This document shows, one piece after another, positions 1-10,634 of a stretch of DNA of 64,000 nucleotides. Origin of the DNA: a virus; the IMG/VR virus record IMGVR_UViG_3300034121_001395; one strand, written 5' to 3'. The notes beneath the pieces are model-generated. The model searched no databases. It saw only the letters and a program-made list of their open reading frames with translations, and had not been told where the DNA came from. The first letter of the stretch is position 1; every line of letters starts with the position of its first letter. Made by a program: the position numbers and the translations under genes.

Positions 1-5
1 ATGAG

Positions 6-3000
6 TTGCCCACAGTAACTGCATTAACTTATGTCTCTGTTGGGTTTGCATCTGGGCTAGTCTGTGAAGAAGGTGTATTTTTTACAAAAGGATCATTTGT
101 AGCAGTTCCACGTCAAACAGTTTTCATTGATAAGACATCTGAAGAAACAACGCTCTCTGGATATGCTGTTTTAAAAATTGACGAAAATATTGTTATATAT
201 TCAAGTGATAATACACTACTTGATAATGCAAATGGCACGCCAAACTATAGTGCTCCAGGCGCTGATCGCTATTCAATAGACTTAACACTGCAATGGATCA
301 CGTCAACAGCATATGCCTCTGACACATTAAATTCATATATAAAACTACTTGTAATAAATTCTTCGCGTCCAGTAGAAGTTGTTGAAACTGCAGAATACTC
401 TGAAATTGTTGATATACTTGCAAAGCGTACAAGTGAAGAGTCTGGTAACTATACAGTAAATCCATTTTCTATACAAATACGCGAAACGTTTGATGGTGAC
501 GCTTTGCCTGCAAATTGTATAGTGGTTGGTCGACGTTATCGCATTCAAGATCTTGGTAGTACAGTTGCTCCACTCACTGATTGGGTTGCTCTCGGTGCAA
601 CGTCTCCGGCAACTGTAGGTTCAGAATTTGTCGCAGTATTACCTCCTGGCGATGGCACAAACGGAACTGCAACTGTAAATGGCGGACGTGTTAGTGAGAT
701 TGCATACATACACGGCGCATATCGCGCTGATGACCTTGACCAAATAGGATACACGCTTGATACACTAGCTCAGCAAAAGTCGGCAATTGAAGACGCCCGC
801 GGTAAATATACCCTCACCGTTGATCCTTCAATAGCTTATGTAGATGGCTATCGAGTCTCATTGGATAAAAGTTTAAATATAACTGCCCCAAAAGCTCTTG
901 AGACTGGAGAATTTAATATTAGCGTAAGTGCTAATATTGGTAATTATTTTATTGGTAATATACAAAAGGCTAATAATTCCGATTCCACTTTTCCAACTCT
1001 TTCGTCAATAACAAATGTTTATAATTTGTATGCATATGCAAATGGTGCACCATCAAATAGTACGTCTGGCGGCGTAATAATTGGAACTTGTCGTATAAAA
1101 GCATTTGAGGCAACCGGTGGTTCAGCAACGCAATTTAAATGTTATGTATATGATATAACATTTAATACGTCTGCACCTACAGCAGATTGGAATATTCGTC
1201 GATTTGATAATATAGATCAAATTGTTGGAAATAATTTTATGTTTAATGTCTCTAGTGGTAATCTACTAGAAACTGGTTCAAATACAAATCTATTTGACCT
1301 TCCACATCCGCAAACAAAGACTCTTCAAAATATATCATACTATGTTCAACAAACCTTTAGTGGTTCAACTGGGCCAAATATAACATTAACTGTTGGAGAC
1401 AATAAAGTATTTACTGATACGAGTGATATAGTTGTTCTTGTCAACGGAGACGTTAAAACTGTTGGCACACATTATACTGCAACACTTTCGTCAAACACAA
1501 AAACTATTACGATTGTTCCAATTAGTAGCAACTGGTCATCCGGCGCGCTTTATAGCGTAATAGCAAAAGTTAAAGTTACAAATGCTAATACTGCATCACG
1601 AGTAACAAAAAGCAAAGCAACTACTACTGATAGCGGAATTACGCCTGCGTCAGGTGGGGCTGCAAAAATATACACTCTTAAAAATACAGACATTATACGC
1701 ATAATAAGTGTAACTTCAAACAGTAAAGACATTACGTCATCATTTAAATTAATTGATGATGGACAACGTGATAATGTCTATACAAATGGGCGAGTTCAAT
1801 ATATTGGATCTGCAACATTAAATGCTAATATTAATATAACATATGAATATTATGAGCGACTTGGTGGAGTGTCTGGTCGTGACTTGGTAATGTATACTGT
1901 TGATTCATACAGCTCAAATAACAATAGTGTTGGCACAGCATTTGATGACATTCCAACATATGCAGGAGTTAAACTTTCTGATGTACTAGACTTTAGACAA
2001 GACGTACTATACAGCGTAACTGGTGGAGTTGTTGGAAGTGTAGTACAAAATCTTGGCAAAGCTGTTATTGACCCAAACACTCCAATAACTGCTGCAGCTA
2101 CATTTTATTTGCCACGCATTGATAAACTTACAGTAAATTCTAAAAATGAATTTTCAATTATACAAGGCATTCCATCTTTGACTCCAATTGAGCCAAACAC
2201 CCCAAAAAATTCAATGACGCTTTATTCATTGAATGTTCCAGCATACACAGCAAATGTTTCAGAAATCGTAAAAAATTACATTGATAATCGTCGATACACA
2301 ATGAGAGACATTGGCACTCTTGAAAAACGTATTGGCAATATTGAATATTATACGTCATTATCATTATTAGAACGCTCTGCAAATGATAAATCGATATTTG
2401 ATGATACCGGTGAACGATTTAAAAATGGAATATTAGTTGATAACTTTATTGGTCATGGCGTAGGAGATGTATTTGATCCACAATATCAGTGTGCAGTTGA
2501 TCGAAATGAAGGAATTTTACGCCCAAGATATAACAGTCATAATATTGATCTCGCAATTGACAGCGCACTTTCTGACACAACAAAGCTTGCAGACAATGGG
2601 AAAATAAGAGTGCATGACAGCATAATTACACTTTCATATGATGAAGTTGAACTTGTATCTCACTTAAAAGCAACCGCACACATTAGCGTTCACCCACACG
2701 TCTATGCTAAAATTAATGGTTCAATTCGTCTGTCTCCAGCAGCAGACAATTGGAAAGACACTGTCACTCGTCCTGATCTTATCGTCACTGATAACAGCGC
2801 GTTTGACGCAATTAAATTTATTGCTGAAGACCCAAGCCTTGATATACTTGGCACAGACTGGAACAACTGGGAACGTGAATGGGGTGGTTCTACAACTACT
2901 CGAGTAGTAGGAAAATTTCAAAAAGGTAGAGGTATACCAACTACTACTACAACCACACGTCAATACACTGAAGAGCGTACAGGCACAAATACGACACTTG

Positions 3001-5024
3001 GTTTTTCATTTGTTCCAAAAAGTCTCGGCGAAAATGTAGTTGACACTGCAATTATACCATTTATTCGCTCACGAATAGTATATTTCCATGCGACTGGCTT
3101 AAAGGCGTCTACTCGTGTCTATCCATTTTTTGAAGACAAAGATATATCAGCCTACACAAATCAAATATTAAATAATGATTCTAGTAAATTTATTGTTCCT
3201 ACAACAGTAAATGATAACACTACTCGTCGTTTTGATGGAATTTTATCAAATGAATTGCCGGCTTCAGAGTCTGGTTATAGCGCATATGGAAGTGTATTGA
3301 CTACTGATGCATCCGGTGAATTGTATGGATCATTTATTATTCCAAATAATAGTTCAATGAGATTCCGAACTGGTGATCGCACATTTAAGCTTACAGATGA
3401 TCCTAGAAACTTATCATCAGAGACGACATACGCGCTATCGAAATATACTGCAAGTGGTATACTTGAAACTGTTCAAGAGACAATATTGTCTACAAAAACC
3501 CCGCAATTTACTGTAACACCATTAAATGAAACGCGTTCTGGTAGTGTTGTAACTTCAACAACTACATATCATGACCCTCTTGCGCAGTCATTTGTAATTA
3601 GTCCAGAAGACTATCCAACTGGTGTGTTTATAACTTCAGTTGACTTATATTTTGCCCAAAAAGCACTCTTCCAACCAGTTGAAATTTATATTGTAACTAT
3701 GGAAAATGGCGCACCAACACGTAAAATTGTTCCATATTCACGCACTTTCCGTCGTCCGTCTGAGGTGCAAATAAGTGCAAATGGATCACTACCTACAAAC
3801 TTTAAATTTAGTGATCCGGTCTTTTTAAAGAGTGATGAAGAGTATGCAGTAATTGTGTCTTCAAATGACGGTGACTATCGTTGCTGGTATGCTATACTTG
3901 GCGAGTCTGATGTAATTACTGGCAAGCGCATAGAAAAACAAGAATATCTTGGAACATTCTTTACTAGTGCAAATGCATTTACGTGGACGCCACAACAAGA
4001 ACAAGATTTAAAGTTTAAAATTAATCGTGCTCAATTCTTTGATCCTGCAACAACTTCATTTAAATCTGGTAACATTTCATTTAGAACACAATTACACACC
4101 GGTGTTGAAGCCATTGAAATTGTAGATGGCGGAAGTGGTTATGGGTTGCCTCCAATTTTAACATTTAGTCCAGACAGAGGAACTCGCGCAGAAGCAATTC
4201 TTGATCCATCTAATGGAAGCGTTTCACGTATAATTATACATGATCGCGGTGCTGGTTACACAAACAATCCACCAGCAGTAATTGTAACTAAAGACCCAAC
4301 AGACACTAATACTCCAGTTGTGGCAAATCTAATTGCTAAACGGGCAGAAGTTCCAGTGTCAATTTATAATTTGCGCCAACCAAATTTAATATTTAATAAT
4401 TCTGCAATTTCTCATAACATTCAATTTGGTGCAGAATCATCTGTGCGCATTGAATCAAATACAAATAATTATATTCCAAGTAGTTATGGTAATTTAAATT
4501 CACATACACTCACTTCATTAAATCAAAACATTCCGTTTGGACCGCGTGCAGTAATAACATCAACCCTTGCCACTGCTGATTCAGCAATATCACCAGTAAT
4601 TGATGCCGATGGCTCATCATTATTAACAATAACAAATCTTATTAATGATGACTCTACAGATGAAACCGGTAATGTTGGTGCTGCACTCACTCGCTACATT
4701 ACTCGTAAAGTTAATTTAAATGCTCCGTCTGATTGGTTAGACATTTATATATCTACTAATCGTCCTACGGCTGAAACAAACATTAAGGTTTATGCCAAAC
4801 TAGGTTTTGATACTACAACTCCAGATGATCAATTGTTGTGGACAGAATTGACACCTACAAATCCTATACCAATTAATGCTAATCTTGATGTATATTCTGA
4901 AACACAATATAGAATTGACCCAGGTGATGACTTTATTTCTTTCCAAGTAAAGGTTGTACTCTTATCAGACAATATTTTTGATATACCAACAATTAGAGAC
5001 TTTAGAGCAATTGCAACAGTATAA
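6..5024 (+). CDS. Large baseplate-wedge/virion structural protein (DUF4815/VrlC-like); probably 5'-truncated by the window edge
   Basis: 1672-aa ORF with motifs typical of this family in T4-like phages (APGADRY, LAKRTSEESGNY, NRRYTMRDIG, RFKNGILVDNF, DPLAQSF, C-terminal DFRAIA). The TTG start at the window edge suggests the true start is upstream. Confidence 0.8.
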   Translation: MPTVTALTYVSVGFASGLVCEEGVFFTKGSFVAVPRQTVFIDKTSEETTLSGYAVLKIDENIVIYSSDNTLLDNANGTPNYSAPGADRYSIDLTLQWITSTAYASDTLNSYIKLLVINSSRPVEVVETAEYSEIVDILAKRTSEESGNYTVNPFSIQIRETFDGDALPANCIVVGRRYRIQDLGSTVAPLTDWVALGATSPATVGSEFVAVLPPGDGTNGTATVNGGRVSEIAYIHGAYRADDLDQIGYTLDTLAQQKSAIEDARGKYTLTVDPSIAYVDGYRVSLDKSLNITAPKALETGEFNISVSANIGNYFIGNIQKANNSDSTFPTLSSITNVYNLYAYANGAPSNSTSGGVIIGTCRIKAFEATGGSATQFKCYVYDITFNTSAPTADWNIRRFDNIDQIVGNNFMFNVSSGNLLETGSNTNLFDLPHPQTKTLQNISYYVQQTFSGSTGPNITLTVGDNKVFTDTSDIVVLVNGDVKTVGTHYTATLSSNTKTITIVPISSNWSSGALYSVIAKVKVTNANTASRVTKSKATTTDSGITPASGGAAKIYTLKNTDIIRIISVTSNSKDITSSFKLIDDGQRDNVYTNGRVQYIGSATLNANINITYEYYERLGGVSGRDLVMYTVDSYSSNNNSVGTAFDDIPTYAGVKLSDVLDFRQDVLYSVTGGVVGSVVQNLGKAVIDPNTPITAAATFYLPRIDKLTVNSKNEFSIIQGIPSLTPIEPNTPKNSMTLYSLNVPAYTANVSEIVKNYIDNRRYTMRDIGTLEKRIGNIEYYTSLSLLERSANDKSIFDDTGERFKNGILVDNFIGHGVGDVFDPQYQCAVDRNEGILRPRYNSHNIDLAIDSALSDTTKLADNGKIRVHDSIITLSYDEVELVSHLKATAHISVHPHVYAKINGSIRLSPAADNWKDTVTRPDLIVTDNSAFDAIKFIAEDPSLDILGTDWNNWEREWGGSTTTRVVGKFQKGRGIPTTTTTTRQYTEERTGTNTTLGFSFVPKSLGENVVDTAIIPFIRSRIVYFHATGLKASTRVYPFFEDKDISAYTNQILNNDSSKFIVPTTVNDNTTRRFDGILSNELPASESGYSAYGSVLTTDASGELYGSFIIPNNSSMRFRTGDRTFKLTDDPRNLSSETTYALSKYTASGILETVQETILSTKTPQFTVTPLNETRSGSVVTSTTTYHDPLAQSFVISPEDYPTGVFITSVDLYFAQKALFQPVEIYIVTMENGAPTRKIVPYSRTFRRPSEVQISANGSLPTNFKFSDPVFLKSDEEYAVIVSSNDGDYRCWYAILGESDVITGKRIEKQEYLGTFFTSANAFTWTPQQEQDLKFKINRAQFFDPATTSFKSGNISFRTQLHTGVEAIEIVDGGSGYGLPPILTFSPDRGTRAEAILDPSNGSVSRIIIHDRGAGYTNNPPAVIVTKDPTDTNTPVVANLIAKRAEVPVSIYNLRQPNLIFNNSAISHNIQFGAESSVRIESNTNNYIPSSYGNLNSHTLTSLNQNIPFGPRAVITSTLATADSAISPVIDADGSSLLTITNLINDDSTDETGNVGAALTRYITRKVNLNAPSDWLDIYISTNRPTAETNIKVYAKLGFDTTTPDDQLLWTELTPTNPIPINANLDVYSETQYRIDPGDDFISFQVKVVLLSDNIFDIPTIRDFRAIATV

Positions 5025-5029
5025 AATAT

Positions 5030-5260
5030 ATGGCTACAAGAAAAAAAATTAAAGTAGAAGAAAATATATCATTAGAAAGAGATTCTTTTTCTAATGCAAT
5101 TTTAAATACTGATTTTGCTGCATACACTGCGGCACGCAATCGTAAAAAGCATATACGAAATCAAGAACGAATAATTGCAGATTTACAAGCAAAAGTTGAA
5201 GAATTGTTGTCTTGGAAAGTTGAAATAATGAAAATGCTAGCAAAAAAAGAGAATAAATAA
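5030..5260 (+). CDS. Small coiled-coil hypothetical protein
   Basis: 76-aa ORF with ATG start, tightly packed after the wedge gene; C-terminal heptad pattern. Confidence 0.7.
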   Translation: MATRKKIKVEENISLERDSFSNAILNTDFAAYTAARNRKKHIRNQERIIADLQAKVEELLSWKVEIMKMLAKKENK

Positions 5261-5269
5261 ATAAAGATA

Positions 5270-8200
5270 ATGGATTCAATTCAATTTTCAGAATTTTCTA
5301 CTGTTGGTGTTAATATATCTGACACCTTTGATATTTGGCGTCAAAAAACGAATGGTGTAGTAACAGAACTAACCGATTTGCGTAATGATATATCGCCATT
5401 ATTTTATAGTACTGGCCAAAACTCATCGTCATTGCTGCGTACTGTCACTCTTGATACACCACAAACAATCTCTGGTATCAAAACCTTTATCGGTGGCACA
5501 TCAACCGCCCCAGTGCTAAAGATTGGGGAGGTTGGACTCTATGAAAGTGACGGAGCGCTATCAACCACAACTCCGATTCAAGTAAATAAACTTATATTAC
5601 AGTCTCAATTACAATTTGGTGAACATGCATATGCTATACCAAACACAAACCCAAGTGAAGCCTCGATCTTAGGAAAGTCTGGAAACTCTCTGTCATGGAC
5701 AACGCTAAGTAGCATAATCTCTCAAGTTCAAAGTGAAGGTGCTGCAAATGTTGTAAGCACAAATGAAATTCTTGCAGTTGGTTCTCTCGTTGATTATGCT
5801 CCGAATGGCACCACATTTTCTTCAGATTGGTTACGTTGCACTGGATCACGTTTTCAAGGGAGTGCATACCCAGAACTTGCGACTGCGTTATTAAATAAAT
5901 ATGCCGCAATCTATACAACTCAAACCGGAAATACGATTGCTCCTTCAGTGTCATACAATGCTTCTTGGTGGTATACTTTGCCAAACATAAGCGGAGCACT
6001 CATAAAAGCAAAACCAGATTCTGTAATTAATACATTTATAGATCGTGGTAATGTATTTGATATAATACGAGGCACAGAGTCTATTCAAAGTCTGTCTATT
6101 GCAAATGGTGGCACTGGTGTGTTAAACTTACGCTATGACCCAACATTAACTATAAATGTTGATCGTCAGTTGGGTGTTGCACCTCTTGCAATTACGTCTG
6201 ATCGACTTGCAAACAACTCAGTCAGCCCTTCTAAATTAAGTCTTGGTGGTCCGTCATGGGATTTAACTTCTGCAGCTTTATATGAAGGCAATGACGTTAA
6301 CACCCGTCGTAGAGTTGCAACACGCGAATATGTCGACTCACTCGTATTTAAAAAGGGACCTGCTGCAAAGTTAGCAAGTAAACCTTCGCATTCTCCATAT
6401 AGTTCTGCTCCTGGATTTGGCGAGTTTTGTTATATAAATCATGACGGCGTTCCAATAATATCTGGAAGCAATGGATATAATAGATTTGGCTATGCTGATA
6501 AATTTTCACATTGCGAAATGCCATTGCCAGACAACAGGAAAGCAGTGCAGTTGCATGTTAATCGATATAATATGTGTGCTCTTGATGATGAGGGTGAGTT
6601 ATGGGCACTTGGAAATATTTGGCATAATCCATTTAATATTGTTCCATTTCCAGGAACAGCAAATGTAGATTCACGAGTAAAAGAATGGACAAAGGCATAC
6701 AATCCCCTCTATAACTATTCAGCTGACAATAAAATAGCTAAAGTTGTAATTAGTGGTGGTTATGACATTAACAACGTTGCCGTAATCGACACATCAAATC
6801 GTCTTTGGATTGCAGGATATAACCAACATGGTGTATTAGGTCGTGGTAACAATGGGACAACTACTACAAGTACTGCAACAAAACCAACTGGAGAGACAAC
6901 ACCAGTACTTGAAAATGTGTATGACGCATGTATTATTGGTACATGGTCAGGAGCAGCTGAATATGCAACATGTATAGCACTAACTTCAACTGGTATACGT
7001 GTATCTGGATATGGTAGTAGCGGTTTACGTGGTGACGGATTAAATCCAGCAGCAGTTAATAATACATTTAATACTGTTACAATATCAGGTATCTCTGACT
7101 ACTCGTCATGCAAACTGTATGCTGGAGGAGAAGACTCTGCAACTACAGCATTTTTAATTACAGACTCTGGAAATGTAGTTTATGGTTGGGGTTATAATGG
7201 TAATGGAATACTTGGCGATAATACAACATCAAATAAAAATCGTCCAACTGTAATTTGGGAAAATCCAGATTTAAACATTGATAAGGTTTATACGACAACA
7301 CACGCGGATGGAACAGGCGCAGCATACTTGTTTGGTAGTAAAAATAACTCTACTGCAAAACTCGGTTCTGATATAATTTCAACTGTTAGTGATCACCTTT
7401 TAGGAACGTCTATTAGTTCCAATGATGCTGGCAGTATAATCGCAGCTGGCTCTCCAGGTGTTGGAACTGGACGTGTACAATGCTATCAATATTCTGGAAC
7501 AGCATGGAATGCATATGGAGCAATTATAAATGGTTCTGAAAACGCCAGTAATTTTGGTAATTCTGTAAGCTTAAGCTCGTCTGGTAATCGCCTTGCAATT
7601 GGTATACCTGACGGACAACGTGTAGGCTCAGAAATTAGAGGACAAGTGCGTATTTATGATTATTCTGCTGGAACCTGGTCTCAACTTGGTACAAATTTAA
7701 CTGGTGAAAATAAAAATTTATCGAAATTTGGTAATAGTGTCGCATTGTCTGGAAATGGTAACGTCTTAATAGTTGGTGCACCAAACACAAATAGACTAAT
7801 CAGTGGTGTAAACACTACAAATGTTGGTCAAGTATTTGTTTATTCTTTAGTTGGTGCAAATGCTGTTGAACTTGGATCATCAATATACGGGTCTGGAGGA
7901 GGCCAACTTTGTGGATCAAATGTTGCAATTAACACTGACGGTACCATAATCGCCATTTCTTCAATGGGTGTTTCTAGTGCGGGAGTTGTTAGGATTTATC
8001 AATTAGTGGCAGGTCAATGGTCGCAACTAGGTGGAGACATTGCTGGAAATAGTGCAAACGATAATTTTATTAATATATCACTCAGTGGTAATGGCACTAG
8101 AATTGCAATAGGTGCACCTGGTAGTGATATCAATGGAGCAAACAGTGGACAAACACGAGTATTTGAGTACAACTCAACTATAACTACTTGGGAACAGATT

Positions 8201-8980
8201 GGTACAAACATCAATGGGTTTGGTATAGGAGACGCTAGTGGAAGTGATGTTGTATTATCGCGTGACGGACAAAATCTTGCAATAGGCGCACCAAATGCGG
8301 ACTCACTTGGAAGAACTGATAATGGATATGTTCGTCTGTATAAACTCTTAGGTAATAGTTGGAAATTATTAACCGGTAATTTATCTGGAGAAAATTCTAA
8401 TGAAAAATCAGGATCAGTTGTTGCACTCAGTTCAGATGGCAATACTGTAATAATTGGTGCCCCAACATATAATGCGAATCGTGGACTTGTTCGTGCAATA
8501 TCTTTTGTATCTACTCCAACAATAACTAATGAGTTATGGTGTTCTGGTACAAATACTGGAAATAAATTTGGTATAACTGGAAACAGCAATCAATGGAGAC
8601 TGTCTGGTCCACTGCCGTCTGGATATAGTCTCCAAGACTTTTGGTGTGGTAATGGATTTTATTCGGATAATGTAAACTTTGCAAAGGGTTATCGTCAAAG
8701 TGATGACAAATATTACTTGTTTGTAGTTGGTGCAAATAGTAGTTATCAAAGTGGAAATGGTAGTAATATACAGCTAAATACTTGGACTCGTCTTAATTTA
8801 AGTTCAGAAATTGTACAAAAAATAGTTGACATCCAGTGCGTGTCTCCATACGGTTCTGAGGATTATACAATTTTATTATTAGACGATGGCACATTATATT
8901 TTTCTGGACATAATGCCTATATGATTGATCCAAATTTACCAAACAACGCTTACAGAACAGACTTTACACGCATTAAATAA
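5270..8980 (+). CDS. Tail fibre/baseplate-associated protein with tail-collar domain, RCC1-like repeats and FG-GAP repeats
   Basis: N-terminal DTFDIWRQKTN; collar-like VGSLVDY...WLRCTGSRFQGSAYPELATAL; RCC1-like LWIAGYNQHGVLG and YGWGYNGNGILGD; about 7 FG-GAP-like repeats (FGNSVALSGNGNVLIVGAP). Confidence 0.75.
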   Translation: MDSIQFSEFSTVGVNISDTFDIWRQKTNGVVTELTDLRNDISPLFYSTGQNSSSLLRTVTLDTPQTISGIKTFIGGTSTAPVLKIGEVGLYESDGALSTTTPIQVNKLILQSQLQFGEHAYAIPNTNPSEASILGKSGNSLSWTTLSSIISQVQSEGAANVVSTNEILAVGSLVDYAPNGTTFSSDWLRCTGSRFQGSAYPELATALLNKYAAIYTTQTGNTIAPSVSYNASWWYTLPNISGALIKAKPDSVINTFIDRGNVFDIIRGTESIQSLSIANGGTGVLNLRYDPTLTINVDRQLGVAPLAITSDRLANNSVSPSKLSLGGPSWDLTSAALYEGNDVNTRRRVATREYVDSLVFKKGPAAKLASKPSHSPYSSAPGFGEFCYINHDGVPIISGSNGYNRFGYADKFSHCEMPLPDNRKAVQLHVNRYNMCALDDEGELWALGNIWHNPFNIVPFPGTANVDSRVKEWTKAYNPLYNYSADNKIAKVVISGGYDINNVAVIDTSNRLWIAGYNQHGVLGRGNNGTTTTSTATKPTGETTPVLENVYDACIIGTWSGAAEYATCIALTSTGIRVSGYGSSGLRGDGLNPAAVNNTFNTVTISGISDYSSCKLYAGGEDSATTAFLITDSGNVVYGWGYNGNGILGDNTTSNKNRPTVIWENPDLNIDKVYTTTHADGTGAAYLFGSKNNSTAKLGSDIISTVSDHLLGTSISSNDAGSIIAAGSPGVGTGRVQCYQYSGTAWNAYGAIINGSENASNFGNSVSLSSSGNRLAIGIPDGQRVGSEIRGQVRIYDYSAGTWSQLGTNLTGENKNLSKFGNSVALSGNGNVLIVGAPNTNRLISGVNTTNVGQVFVYSLVGANAVELGSSIYGSGGGQLCGSNVAINTDGTIIAISSMGVSSAGVVRIYQLVAGQWSQLGGDIAGNSANDNFINISLSGNGTRIAIGAPGSDINGANSGQTRVFEYNSTITTWEQIGTNINGFGIGDASGSDVVLSRDGQNLAIGAPNADSLGRTDNGYVRLYKLLGNSWKLLTGNLSGENSNEKSGSVVALSSDGNTVIIGAPTYNANRGLVRAISFVSTPTITNELWCSGTNTGNKFGITGNSNQWRLSGPLPSGYSLQDFWCGNGFYSDNVNFAKGYRQSDDKYYLFVVGANSSYQSGNGSNIQLNTWTRLNLSSEIVQKIVDIQCVSPYGSEDYTILLLDDGTLYFSGHNAYMIDPNLPNNAYRTDFTRIK

Positions 8981-8981
8981 T

Positions 8982-10625
8982 ATGTCAGATTATAAAAAAA
9001 TAATTTTAAAAAATAGTCCAGTTGCTGGTGCAGTTCCGCTAGAAAATTTCTTGGATTTTGGTGAACTTGCATTAAATTATGCTGATAACAAACTATATTA
9101 TAAAGAACTTGGAGGCGGAATTGTTGTACATGAGACTCCATATCTTGACGTTGAAGGCAGTCAAAATTCTGTAGTAAAGAGAAATGGTGATGGTTCCGGT
9201 ATTTTTAATGGAGTCATTAGTAATGTATCTGATCCAGACCTATATGCATTAGATATTTCTTCTAGTGCATCTACTACCGCTCGGGTGTCTGCTCTAAATG
9301 CACAAACCGCAATAAATGCATCTGCGGTGAGCGGTATTGGTGCAAATATAAACAGCGTTTCTGGCATAGGTTCGGTTATAAGCAGCAGCAGTTCTACAGC
9401 TGCAGTTATAAGTAGTAATAGTTCCACATATCACGCAGAATTTGGTAACATTGCAACCAATAATTCATCTGCAATTGAAAGAATTCGTGGCGCGTTTGTG
9501 TGGTTCTATAACACATTTAAAGGTCGATTACAGACTTCAAATATAACTGCAGACCGCAATTGGACACTACCAAATTTAAGTGGCACAATAGTACTAGACT
9601 CAAGTGAAGTCACTGGTAAAACAATATTTGTTGATGCAACTTCTGGAACAGACACGCGCACAAATCTTACTAAATATTCTTTAAAACCATATGCAAGTAT
9701 TTCAGCAGCAGTTGCAGCTTCTGAAAGTGGTGATTTAGTTTATGTACGCGCTGGAACATACACAATATCCGCTCAAATTAACTTAAATCTTAAAGGTCAC
9801 TTATATTTTGAAACCGGAACAACTATTAATGTTGCGACTGGAATTGTAGCATTCTCATATAGTCAAAATAGCATTCCAATTTATATTAAAGGAGCTGCAG
9901 ATTTTGTACTGGCTGGAGGTGCAGCGGGCATATTAACAATGCCTAGCGGTAATGCCGCAACAGCAGTTGCCTTTGAATGTAATAATATAAGTGGTCCTAA
10001 TAGTGTTAGTGGCACACTCTTTAATTGCGCAGTTGGTGTATTGGTTGTCGATGTTAAGGTGGTTCAGATGACCACGACGTTTACTGCTTCTAGTGCTACT
10101 GTGTTTAATGTCACTGGTGCTGGGAAAGTTACAACACGAATTCTATTTGTATATTGCGGTGTGTTTGTTAATGGTGCTGGTGCTGCTAATCCAGGTAATG
10201 CTACTGGTGCTCAAATCAATGCTGACGTTTGGACATTAGCTACATACAACGCAACTGCTGGCATGCTACTAAGTTTAATTATCACTAACTTTAGCATAGT
10301 TAATTATAATCATGCGGGTGTAGGTGCTGCATTAAGTTGGACAGAAAATACCACATTTGAAAGTCATGCTTTCCGAGGAATTACTTGGACTAGTTCAGCT
10401 GGTCAACCGAATATAACATTTGCTTCTACCAATGGTTCAACAACTAATAAAATCATTAGACTATACCAAACAAATATAATGCGTGCGGCTACTGCAAACA
10501 GTCTAAGTTCTAATGTACCTATAAATGTAGGCACATATGGTACATTTGCATCAGTGCCAGCAACTTCAAACGTTACATTTAAGATTGGTACATTCACAGT
10601 CGACGCGGACATAAACACTTATTAA
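8982..10625 (+). CDS. Tail fibre/tailspike with probable right-handed beta-helix (pectin-lyase-like) domain
   Basis: Likely start is the ATG at 8982 (MSDYKK). N-terminal fibre attachment motif KNSPVAGAVP...GELALNYADNKLYYK; beta-helix cap TIFVDATSGTD...PYASISAAVAASESGDLVYVRAGTY. Confidence 0.7.
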   Translation: MSDYKKIILKNSPVAGAVPLENFLDFGELALNYADNKLYYKELGGGIVVHETPYLDVEGSQNSVVKRNGDGSGIFNGVISNVSDPDLYALDISSSASTTARVSALNAQTAINASAVSGIGANINSVSGIGSVISSSSSTAAVISSNSSTYHAEFGNIATNNSSAIERIRGAFVWFYNTFKGRLQTSNITADRNWTLPNLSGTIVLDSSEVTGKTIFVDATSGTDTRTNLTKYSLKPYASISAAVAASESGDLVYVRAGTYTISAQINLNLKGHLYFETGTTINVATGIVAFSYSQNSIPIYIKGAADFVLAGGAAGILTMPSGNAATAVAFECNNISGPNSVSGTLFNCAVGVLVVDVKVVQMTTTFTASSATVFNVTGAGKVTTRILFVYCGVFVNGAGAANPGNATGAQINADVWTLATYNATAGMLLSLIITNFSIVNYNHAGVGAALSWTENTTFESHAFRGITWTSSAGQPNITFASTNGSTTNKIIRLYQTNIMRAATANSLSSNVPINVGTYGTFASVPATSNVTFKIGTFTVDADINTY

Positions 10626-10634
10626 TTTTAAAAT

